A stretch of 64,000 nt of DNA, from assembly GCA_026770705.1 (NCBI GenBank), contig JANJGN010000053.1, forward strand, positions 2,046,001 to 2,110,000. Direction: 5' to 3'. This stretch comes from Isurus oxyrinchus (Eukaryota). The translations under genes were made by a program, and so were the position numbers. Below the pieces are notes generated by a model. The model did no database searches and was not told where the DNA came from. It was given only the letters and a program-made list of their open reading frames with translations. Positions 53,155 to 64,000 of this stretch are shown piece after piece. Position 1 is the first letter of the stretch. The number at the start of each line of letters is the position of its first letter.

Positions 53155-53429
53155 TAATGCCGGTGACTAAGCAAACAGGTTCAGTTAACTCCCTTCAAAG
53201 CAACAGGTTTTCCATCACAATAAAGTAGACCATTTATCTGGCGTAGATGGGATTTATGAGGGTCGTTGAGGGAAAGAATGGTGGAAATAGGGGAGGCACT
53301 GATGATGATCTTTCAATCCTCCTCAAATATGGGAGGAATTCCAGAGAACTGGAGGGTTGTAAACATTCCACCCTGTCTATAACAGAAGTGGGTGGTGGGA
53401 GGGTAAACCCAGGAACTACAGAAATATCA

Positions 53430-54110
53430 AAATAATGTCAGAGAATCATTTGGGAAAGCTTTGAATTGCATATGCTGGGTAGAAATCACTCGAGGCCATA
53501 ATCAAGGCAAATATTATTCATTATTTGTGAGAAAAGGGTTTTCAAATGATCAGGATCACAGATATTTTCATGGAAAATCGTACCTGATAAAATGAACGTA
53601 GTTCACGTCTAAGTATGAAGGGTGATGAGCGAAGTGAGCTTGATGTTCTGATAATGAACACGGTGTGATCAATTGACTATTGATGGATTTGCTATTGAAA
53701 CTTAACGCCGTGGGTGAAAGGGACAGTGACAGAGCGGCTATGACATTATCTGAGAGACTGAAAGCAGAGAGAAGTGGTGAACAATGTTTATTCTGACTGG
53801 AGTAGAGCCGGGTATTCAGGGATTGGTGGGGAGTTTAAAGTGATATTCTTCGGAGGTCGGCATTAGGAACACTGCTCTTTAAGGTGCACAGAAAGAACAT
53901 AGTTTTCTGTCTTATGAAGAGAATTTGCAGATAACAGGACTTTGTATATGTAAACATTAAGGAGGAGAGCAATGATCTTCAGGAGTATGCACACAGATTG
54001 GTGAAATAGAGGGACATGGAGCAGGTGAAATTTAATTCAGGGCATGTGAAGGATACATTTGGGAGCAGGAATGAGTAGAGACAAATAAAACTGAATGGGG
54101 CAAGGTTAAA
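53430..54110 (+). mobile_element. CR1 RT fragment
   Basis: Decayed RT sequence (agactgaaagcagagagaagtggtgaac, gtgaaatttaattcagggcatgtgaagg). Confidence 0.6.
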
Positions 54111-54424
54111 TGGGGGGGGGGTGGAATTTTCCATGCAGTTGTAGTCGGCCGTGTTCCGTTGGGTAAGGGGACAATATGGCAAGAAATTACAAAAAAGGTT
54201 TCCCAACATTGCGAAACCAGTTGGCAATCGGCACTCTGCTTGGCAATAGTGACCAACAGTTCTGTCAGACATCGGCAGGTTCACAGAAATAAATTTGCAT
54301 ATCATTATAAGCAAAGCCCACCAGAATCATCTCCAAGTCTTATGTTTCCTTCTCCATTGTGCAACAGCATAAACAGCGTGAGCACTTGATGGGCTGCACT
54401 TCGAGGTGAACTTTGAGGTGAATA

Positions 54425-56030
54425 AGACCATAAGAATATAAGGTATAGGAGCTGAAGTTTGCCATTTGATTCATTGAGCCTGCTTCACCATCCAATAAGA
54501 TCACGGCTGATCTGATAATCTGCAACTACACTTTCCGGGTAACTCTTGATTCCCTTATTGAATAAAGTCTGTCTATCTGAGCATTGAATCCATCTAATGG
54601 CCCAGCCTCTGATGCCTTCTGTGGCAAAAAAAAAAGGCACAGACTCACCACCCTCTGAGAGAAAAAAATCCTCCTCATCTCTATCTGAGATGGTCTACTC
54701 TTTACTCCAATGTACTGCGCTTTGGTCGTAAACTCTCCCACAAGGGGTAATCAGCTCTTAGCATCTGTCCTGTCAAATTTCCTACTTGTATATGTTTCAG
54801 TAAGGCCTCCAGTAAACTTTGTGTAGGCCCAACCTAAACAAACTTTCTTCATATGAAAATATGCCCACACCTGGTATCACCCTGATGAACATTCATTGGC
54901 CCGCCTCCAAAGCCAATATATCTTTCCTTAGACAAGGGGACCAAAACTGTTCGCAGTATTCTAGGTGTAGTCTAATTCGTGCCTTGAATAGTTGTAGCAA
55001 TATCTCCCTGCTTTCTACTCAATTCAATTTAAAATAAAGGCTAATATTCATTTTGCCTTCCTTATTACCTGCCGAACTTGTATGCATGTTTCAGTGATTG
55101 GGGAGTGGAACTGATGCAAAAGGCCCCCAAATCCCTCTGTACTGTAGCTTTATGCAGTTTTTCATTACTTAAATAGAGTTCAGCCCTCTATTGTTTCTGT
55201 CAAAGTACATTACCTCACATTTCCCACGTTATATTCCTTCTGCCATTTTTTCCACACTCACTTAACCTAACCATATCCCTCTGCAGATTCGTCGTTCCAG
55301 CACAATCGCAGACTGCAGGGGCGCCCATGTAAAGGAGAAATGCAGATTCATTTCCTCTCTGAGTGTGGTAAATCTGTGAATGTTCTTATCTCAGAAGGCG
55401 GTAGGGGCTGGGTCGTTAGGGAAAGTTGGAGCTGAGGTAGTCAGTTTTTTTTTATCAGTAATGGGGTCAAGAGTTAGGAGGAAATACAGGAAAGTGGAGT
55501 TGAGGATTATCAGCTGAGCGATGATCTCATTGAAAGAGCAGACTCAATGAGCAGAATGGTCTACTTCTGCCCCTATTTCTAATGTGCTTATGGCCTTGTC
55601 AACACCATTTGTCTTCCAACCCATTTTTGCATGATCTGCAAACCTGGTGATAGTACATTCACTTCCCTCATCTAAGTGATTATTGTAAATCTTCAATAAT
55701 TGTGGCCCCAGCATTGATCACGGTGGCAATCCACTAGTTACAGGTCGTCATTCTGAAAAAGTGTTCCTTATCCAAACTCTGTCACCCCATTACTCAGGGA
55801 ACCTTTCATCCATGCAAGTATATTACCCCCTAATCCATTGCCACTTATCTTATTATGTTTCCGGATTTGCAGCACTTTGTTGAACGACTTTAGGACATCC
55901 AAATATATTACAGCTACTGGTGCCCCTTTATCTATTCTGTTCGGTACCTCCTCAAAGAATTCCAATAAATTTGTCAAGCATGATTTCCCCTTCATGATGT
56001 CTTGCTGACTCTGATTAAGTTATGCATTAG
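54425..56030 (-). mobile_element. CR1 LINE with a nested opposite-strand CR1 3' end (~55300-55590)
   Basis: MKGKSCLTNLLEFFEEV...VIYLDVLKSFNKV and FFSQRVVSL; tail near 54430. Confidence 0.85.
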
Positions 56031-56289
56031 GCACAGTAACGTTGCACAACACTGGCAAGGGTAGCCTGTTGTATGTCAAAGTTGAGAAGTATATTGTGTG
56101 TTTGTGGGGGAGGGGGCAGTAGGGGAGGCAGCCGGAAGGCCTTCCTGCAGGTGAGGTAAATTTTGGAGTGGGACGGGATGCACTGCCGTTGAAGCATGTT
56201 GTCTGGGCAGGACAGCCCTATATTTGAGGCGAAATGGCGAGGTTGAAGGGCTGCACTGACTTTCCTGGAAGTTCAAAAGCACATTCGTT

Positions 56290-59200
56290 GTTGGGCGTTG
56301 GGGTGGGGGGGAGGGGGCGGGGGGCGGAGCGGGGGGGTTGCAGCGCGTGGGTGGTGGGATAGTGGGAGGAAAGCTGCCACGCCCTAGGAAACCTTGTTTA
56401 ATGTGACCATTTCTCCAAAGCTGACACAGCCCAGACGCTGCTCCATTAAAATGCTTGGAAATGGGCCTACAGCGTATCTGCCCACTTCAGAAAGGCAGAG
56501 GTGTGCAAGTGACATGAAGAGCTCCGGAGCTGTTCACACGTCAGGCTGCAAACTGATAAACCTTTTAGTGGATTGCAGAACAGTTCAGCTACTGAACACA
56601 CTGTACAATCTTCTTGCCAAAGCTGCCCGTTGAGCAGCCTCTTCTGTTGGCTCTCACAACCCCTTGTAACGTCGACATCCCGGTTTGGACTAATCACGCC
56701 TATGGTTCAAGCTAATGGTGCAGCCTTGCAGTTTGGGAAAATGTGTCTGAGGACAGAGCACAGCACGCAGTCCAGTTGATGCAGTTGCGTACAATCGGTC
56801 AGGGGGAGTGCCACATGGGTGGATGGGTTTTCTGGCAGCCATGCAGTGCACTACGCTCTGTCGATCCATGTTGTGGCCATCACTGTCTAGGAGGCATTGT
56901 GGGGCCTTCAGGTTTAATCAATAAATGGTTTTAGAAAAACTAAACTAAGCGGTGTGTTTCTCTCGTTCACACTGCAGGAGGAGTATGTCAGGATCAAGGA
57001 GCCTTGTGAACTAGCCTTATGCCTTATGGCTTGAAGAGAGTGAAGTAGACGGAGACGAAGGCAGCAGAGGCACCTGGCTATGCAGAGGCAGGAGCAGCGC
57101 CTTCATGATTAAAGGGCCATTGGGCCAAAGCACACACTGCTGAAGAAGCAGAATGAGACCTCACTGGCCGGTGCCATGCTAGGATCTATATTCCTCAAAG
57201 TAAGCAGAACCTGCATTGATGATGGCGGTATATGTCCGTGGAACTGGTTAGTTGTATATAATGCCAGCTGTAGGATTTGGCGCCATGGTAATGGGCAGCA
57301 TTCACTACCATGCCCAAGAAAGTTACGGTGGTGCTCAGTTCACCTGTTAGCAGCTCTCTTCAAAGCTCCACAGGTGACATCTGCCTGATATCGCAAGCAT
57401 CCACCCACAAATGTGCCCCTCAGCTCGGGAATGATACTGTAAGGTGGGCACGCCACCCTTTGCTTTCCAACCGGGGCTAGGAAAGCCAGGATGCAAGGCC
57501 ATTTGGACGTTCCCAGATCTTATGATGCCCACAGCTGCAGAGTTTGACTGGCTGCACTCAGATAGCATTCAGATCTCTGCTGGAACACGCAGTCAGCTAT
57601 GGAATAAGCAAGGGACTCCATTTATTGAATTTTCAGCTAGGGTGTGGCCACCAGAAATGCTTGCTGCGTGTTTGTGTATTGTTCCAGGAAATGTTCACGG
57701 CTCCTATATTCTCACACATGCTGCTAGTTTCTCAGTCGATCAGAGATTCAATGCCGTCTCCCAGACTCCACCGCTGTTGCAGGGATGGCTCTTCGGGGAC
57801 AACAGCTACCCACAGAGGACATGGCTGTTGACACCTCTATGGTTGCCTCGCTGCCACAGAGCAAATCTTTAACAAAGTTCATGCTGCAACTCGCAACTTG
57901 GTGGATCAGCAATCAGAATGCTAACTATAAGGTTACAGTACCTGAAACTTTAAGGCTGTGCCCTGCAATATCGTCGATAGGGGGCGTCACGCAACGTTGT
58001 CGCCTGCTGTGAACTTCTACAATGTGGAACTGCAACTGGGAGAGAAGGTGGTGATGAAGGACATGCAGGAGCTGGAGGTCTTCCCTGATGAAGAGGACGT
58101 CAACGGGGATAAGTGTGAGGATGCGCTGGCAGACACCAATGATGGCAATGAGCGTATCCCTCTGGTCAGGCGTGGCAGTCGCAGTAAGGAGGCCCTCGTA
58201 GATTATAGAGCTTGGAGGATGATGGCAGTATGCAGTGATGATTGTCATGGATTTTCACATTGAATCTTTCAGTGCTGACTCCTGCCTGGATAATAGCAGC
58301 AGTCATGCATTCTGTGTTAAGGCTCCTGTCATGAAGGAGCAGTGGAGGCTTGAACAATTGTTCCATTCCAGATGGATAATGTTGACTTGCAGTGATGACA
58401 CTCCATAGATCTGCAAACTTCCTCTCTGACTCGCTGACTCCATTCTGGCTGAGGGCAGCTCACTTACGCTCAGTCATCAGTAACATAGAGATGGGGTGGT
58501 GAAACATTAAATGCTCCTGATGCTGTGCCAGCCTGCACCTAACTCCTACAGGAGCACGGCGTCACCGGACACAGGTACTGACGAGATTTGCATGGGTGCA
58601 GCCCCACCTTAAAGGTGCTCAAAGCACAGAGAGACAATGGACTGAACTTTGTGATGGCGGCGCTGGCAGCAATGACAAGCACCTGTGAAGTGTGAGCATC
58701 AGTAATATGGCCTGGGATAGAAAGGCTGCATCATCACTTTGACCTGTGAGCTGCACATAGCATAGGGAAGATGGCCTGCACTGAGACACCTGACTGTATC
58801 TCGTGCAGGAAACAAGCATTCGCATCTGAGTGACACAAACTCTGTTCATCAGATAAAAGAGATATGAGCATGGAGTCATTATAGGAAACTTTTTTACAAG
58901 ACTAAACTCTGTTCACAAGTGGCTAATACCCGTTCCCAGGCTCTGCAACTATATGTTCTGAGCCTCCCTAATCTTGGACATCCACAACGGTGGTGGAGCC
59001 AAACTGCTGACTTTACACTCTGTCTGTGATTACCTTAGAGGCCATCTCCGGGAGGCCGAGTGTTGGAGGGCAAGGGTCTGCTTTCAGAATGCTGCACTGT
59101 GGCAATTCTACCCTCATCGTTCTGTGGATCTGAAATTGTTGGACTCACAGGAACAGGGAATTCAGATGGGCTGGACACTTGCATAGTCACTTGTGTGGAT

Positions 59201-59960
59201 ACACCCGTGGGATATACCAATTTATGCTGCTCCCTTTGGGTTCCTGAGGGCATTTGGCTGATTCTATGAACATAAGCGGCAGCTGGGCTGACATCGAATT
59301 GCCGAACTCCCCTCTCAATTACTCACTGTTGGATGGCGTCATGAATGGAGTTCATACTGAACATTCGTGCAGGAACAGTAGCGTCTTGGGCCACGATCAC
59401 CTTGGTGGAGTTCATCCTACCTTATTTGCCCTTAACGCACGCCGGCGCTGTTACATCAGCCTGGTGGCGGACAGACTACCCCATCATGCCTTGCAATCTG
59501 AGGAGTGCAGTGGGCATAACTTCCTGATATTCCTGAAGTTGCATTCGTAGATCCAGCAACTGAGTTATGAACAAGTGCAGAGGCTCGTCATCTGATGCGT
59601 ACTCAACAGGCTTCTTGTCCCAACATTCCTCCAAGTGCCAAAGAACTGAGAAGTCCATGCCCCAGCCTGCAGTGGGTCAGACAGTGCGATGTGGTTACCT
59701 GATTGTGATCCAGAGGCTATTCTGGAACTCAGTCTCTCTGCAGTACATCCTTCTGCACCGGTGAGAAGCTTGGTGAGCGAGCTGATGGTTAGTACAATGA
59801 GACCGCATTCAGATTCATTTTCAAAGGTTTATTTGGTACTTGGTTGGAGGCCCTGGGTGTGGACTGCCCCGTCTGTTTCCCAAATGAATCTTCGAAAGTG
59901 ACGAGTTGTAATTAATCCATGGCAGCGGCCTGTAAAGCAGAACACATCACCCACAGCATG
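56290..59960 (+). mobile_element. PIF/Harbinger DNA transposon remnant with transposase pseudogene at ~57030-58220
   Basis: KVTVVL...STGDICLISQ, VPGNVHGSYIL, LQGWLFGDNSYPQRTWLLTPL and an acidic tail. The downstream part may be the convergent Myb/SANT gene (inferred). Ends not defined. Confidence 0.75.
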
Positions 59961-59999
59961 GCTGTCTGTTGGTAATGTCTGGGTCACAGATATGAGCGA

Positions 60000-61500
60000 T
60001 GCCTATGTTAGTTAAGCTTTTGTAGAAGTGGTTTCAGAATTTTTACAGAGATAGCATTGTGGATTGTTTCCATATCGTGTGGTAACAATGTCAAAGTCTC
60101 ATAGTTGCACAAGATGAACAAGAAGGATCGGTGACTTCATGGTTAGTGCAGTTACAAAAATCAGACTTGCAGTTGAAACAGTTATATCAGGCATCTTACG
60201 CAAAAACAGAATTAAACTGTAACCGAAGATGTTATTATATTAAGGGTATGTGTTTTGACAAAATCGAGGCCGGATCATGCCTCCGCAAATAATACTGGAA
60301 TGCGGTGCATGAGATTGTTATCCAGGTTCGTATAGAAATGAGATGCGGAGGATTGTTCTTTAAATTCCAATGTAGAAGCATTTCAGGATTAGAAAAACAC
60401 AGAAAATGATAAGCAGGTTTTATTTTTTGGATTGAATTGCACAGCGATGTAGTCAAATTTTCTAGAACATACCAAACATGTCAGGTAATAGGGAAGCTAT
60501 AAGCAGTGATTATGCCAGCACCTAAAATTCCAATGCCAGCATTTGAACAGCCGTTTACCAGGGTGATTATTGATTATTTATGACCCCTCCCAAAGACGAA
60601 AGTGGAATTCAGAAATTACTGACACTAATGGCTATATCTCACTGGTTTCCTGAAGCCATACATTTACAAAGTATTACAACCAATAAGATTAAAGTATTGT
60701 TAACTATTGATTTACAAGACATGGTTTACCTCAGGAAACGCAATCCGATCAGGGATCGAATTTCCTGCCGCAGCTGTTAAAGGAAGCAATGAATAGTTTA
60801 GGGATAAAACTGTTTAAGTCAATAGCTTACCATTCAAAGTCGGGAGGGGCTTTGGAACGATCGCATCAAACTTTTAAAAACTATGAAAAGAACGGGCTTT
60901 CAGGATTATCCACAGCATTGCGATGGAGGATATCCATTCTTGGCATGCGATATTCCAGACGATCCTACTGCATCACTGATTTTCGGTCCTCTGAAATAAG
61001 TTATGGTTTTATGGTAAGGGGGCACACTTTTGTGATAAATTTTAGCAGTGCAGCTTCAGTTGACATTGAAGTGTCAGAAGTTATTTGGCAGTTTGAAAAC
61101 TGTATTAGCTCGACACATGTTTTGGCAATTACCAATTATGCTACGGAATTTAAGTTGGCCGTAGGCGCAAGTGATATAGGCATTGGGGCTGTAATGCTGC
61201 AAAAGGATCATACAGGAATTGAAACAAAGGATAGGAATTTTTTCACAGAAGCTGGATGCAGAACAGAGAAGATATTCAGAGCTCAGAAAAGAGGCATTGG
61301 GTTTGGTGTTAGAATTGTGACATTTTGAAATTGATGTGGTAAACATTTCATCAGAAATAATTTTTTATACAGACCATGATCCTTTGACGTTTTTAGACAA
61401 ATTTCGAGACAGGTCGAGTCTATTATTACAACCATTTAATCTAGAGCTTATGAATGTGATGTTAGAGAATATATGTTTGCAGAAGCGTGATCAAGACATT
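60000..61500 (+). mobile_element. Gypsy-superfamily LTR retrotransposon pol remnant (integrase followed by RNase H)
   Basis: Integrase: PAPKIPMPAFEQPFTRVIID, WFPEAIHLQSIT, AYHSKSGGALERSHQTFK. RNase H: FKLAVGASDIGIGAVMLQKD, then a YTDHDPLTFL motif near 61370. Confidence 0.85.
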
Positions 61501-61585
61501 TAAGCATAAAGGGGTAACAGGACATTAGAAAAGAACCCTTGACAGCGGATTGGAATAATTTTAATTGATACCAAGCACTCGATCA

Positions 61586-61802
61586 TATAGATAAAAGCAA
61601 AAAACTGTGGATGCTGGAAATCAAAAACAAAAACAAAAATACCTGGAAAAACTCAGCAGGTCTGGCAGCAAATGGGAGCACACTTAATGTTTCGAGTCCG
61701 CATGTTCTGTTGAAGAGTCATGCGGACTCGACATGTTAACTGTGCTCCCTTGCACAGATGCTGCCAGACCTGCTGATTTTTTCCAGGTATTTTGTTTTTT
61801 GT
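61586..61802. mobile_element. Palindromic non-autonomous element (Penelope-like-derived) with target-site duplication
   Basis: Inverted arms at ~61629-61703 and ~61719-61800, flanked by the direct repeat ACTCGATCA (61577-61585 and 61803-61811). Confidence 0.75.
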
Positions 61803-61946
61803 ACTCGATCAAATATATTGTTATGTCAATGCACGCATCTAGTAATGTAATTCTGTAATAATAATGAAATACAGTGTAAAATGGATTGCCAAAACTGAAG
61901 CCATCTTTTAAAAATTATGATTCTCATTTTTTTCCAGGGAGAGTAA

Positions 61947-62759
61947 TGTCATGAACAAATTTTAATGTCTCTAATTTCATTGGAAATTAATTCAAAATAT
62001 AGGTTTACTTGCCGCTTTGCCTTTGTGCTTCACTGTGCTTGTGCTAATTGGATTAATGCCAACTAGCCTGTGTGTTTACACACAGTAATTGGGTATACTT
62101 TATGGAAGATAAAAGGTTAAGTGTACATTGGCATTTATTGTATAATGCATTCAAAGGAGGTACTGAAACCTTCTACCTAGCTGGGAGACGCAAAACAATG
62201 TGTTTTTATCATTGATAAAATTAGTCGGAAGATTTTTTTTTTAGAAGATGTGAATTTAAAAGTCGATTGATGCCATCGGAAAATTACATTCAAGAGGGAA
62301 TCTAGATGTAAGAAGGGAAAGGAGACTTTTGAAAGGTAGCGAGAGGCAATTAAGATTTAAACAACCTGTCAGCTTCCAAATTTGTCTGCAAAGGAAGCAA
62401 ATCGCTAACAATGACATTTTGAATTCGTAAGGTGAAATCTGCTTTGTCTTGTGACTGTATAAATTCTGTGGGTTACTCTTGCCTCAGTGGATATTAACCT
62501 GGGATTGATTAATTCGGAGATTTGTTTAAAAGCCATTAAGCTCATAATTTGTAGAAATGTGTATGCGTTTAATTTTTTGAAAATAATAAATCTTTAATTT
62601 TGATTTATATGGAAAGCCTCTTGAGGACTGGTAGACTTATTCCAGAATTCAGAACAGCATCTGAAACACGCCAAATGAAAACATAGGCAATGATTGTTGT
62701 TTCAATTTAACCTCTAAGATTTAAATAACTCCGTCTTCACCAGCTGCTGTGTCATAACA
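61947..62759 (+). mobile_element. 3' LTR of the Gypsy element
   Basis: Purine tract AGGGAGAG precedes TGTCATGA; the end is TCATAACA (TG...CA, 7/8 inverted match); AATAAA near 62585. Confidence 0.7.
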
Positions 62760-62769
62760 GTGCAATGAG

Positions 62770-64000
62770 CGGATTCTATAAATAATAGTTCTCTGTCCAA
62801 TCAGAATAGTGCATCTGTTACTAATGAACATTTCAATAAGCAGACTATATAGGTGTTGTTTCTTCTGTCCAATCAGCAGATTAAGTATGTAAATCACAAA
62901 TTATTCAATAAACAGATTAAATAAATATTGTTTCTTCTGTTTTAGCAACACAGTAAGTGTTTGATGTATGAAGAGTGCAACAACTGTTTTAAAAAAAACG
63001 TTTATTTTGTCCAATCAGAACAGTAAGTGAACAGCGTAATAAGAAGATTAAATAAACATTGTTTTCGCTGCCCAATTAGCACAGTAAGTGTGTAATTAAT
63101 GAGCAGTGCAATACGGAGATTTAATAAATATTGTTTCTTCTGATCAATTTTCACAGTGGCTGTGCAATTAATGAACAGCGCCATAATCAGATGAAATAAA
63201 TGATGTCTGTTCGATGAATATTATCTTTTTGCCTAATCAACACAGTAAGTTTGTAATTGACCATCATTTCAATAAGCAGGTTAAATAGCCAGTGTTTCTT
63301 ATGTCCACGCAGCACAGCAAGTTTCTAATTTATGAACAATGTAAGATCCAAATTGAAGAAATATTGCTTGATCTGCCCAATTAAAATAATAACTGTATAA
63401 TTAACGTGCAGTGCATAAGCAGATTTAATAAATATTATTTTTTTCGGTTTGTTCATCCAAGTAAATGTGTAATTAATGAACAGTGCCGTAATCAGTGTAA
63501 ATAAATGTTGCATGTTTTGACTAATCAGCACCTGCTGTTTCTTCTCCCAAAACAGCACAGCAGGCGTGAAATTAAAGAACATTGCAAAAAGCAGCTTAAT
63601 TAAATATTATTTGTTCTGTCCAACCAGAACACTAAGTGTGTTATTAATTAACAGTGCAAAATTCAGATAAAGTAAATATTGTTTATTCTGTCCATTCAGC
63701 ACAGAATGTCTATAATTAAGTGCATTAAGCAGCACAAATCAATTGCGTTGGTTATGTCCATTCAGCACAGTAACTGTGTAATTAATGAACATAGCAATAC
63801 GCAAATTAAATAATCATTGTTTTTCTTTCCAATCAACAAAATAGATGCCCAATTAATAAACTGGGCCATAAACAGGTTAAAACAATCTTGTTTGTTCTGT
63901 CCAATTAGCACCGTGAGTACGTAATTAACAAACCGGGCATAATACGAATAAATACATCTGCTTTCCACTGCCCATTCTGCACAGTGAGTTTGTAATTAAT
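62770..64000. repeat. AT-rich ~72-bp tandem repeat running off the window
   Basis: Approximate unit gtccaatcagcacagtaagtgtgtaattaatgaacagtgcaataagcagattaaataaatattgtttcttct, roughly 17 diverged copies. Confidence 0.9.

Noticed and set aside
57444-57872. Domesticated host HARBI1 gene
   Set aside because: Frameshifted and degenerate at catalytic motifs, with several similar decayed copies nearby; a transposon relic.

Overview
Repeat-rich vertebrate genomic DNA, most likely a cartilaginous fish (shark); this is inferred from the repeat families and receptor type. Almost all ORFs in the supplied track are spurious or pieces of decayed transposons. The only host genes I can support are parts of a cluster of two-exon, GPR139/GPR142-like class A GPCRs in two subfamilies: an intact short exon 1 (1655-1724, minus), a decayed exon 2 (13023-13940, plus), a dead long exon 1 (20954-21360, minus), a pseudogenised exon 2 (37333-38230, minus) and an open long exon 1 with heptad N-glycosylation repeats (52704-53154, minus). 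Between them lie CR1 LINEs, an ORF1-less LINE family with a tRNA-derived SINE head, L2 and Tx1 fragments, PIF/Harbinger remnants, a Gmr1-like LTR retrotransposon remnant, a palindrome with a decayed hammerhead-like core, a tRNA-Lys pseudogene, minisatellites and a 136-N gap. Repeat boundaries are read by eye and approximate, and family assignments come from motif recognition rather than database searches.
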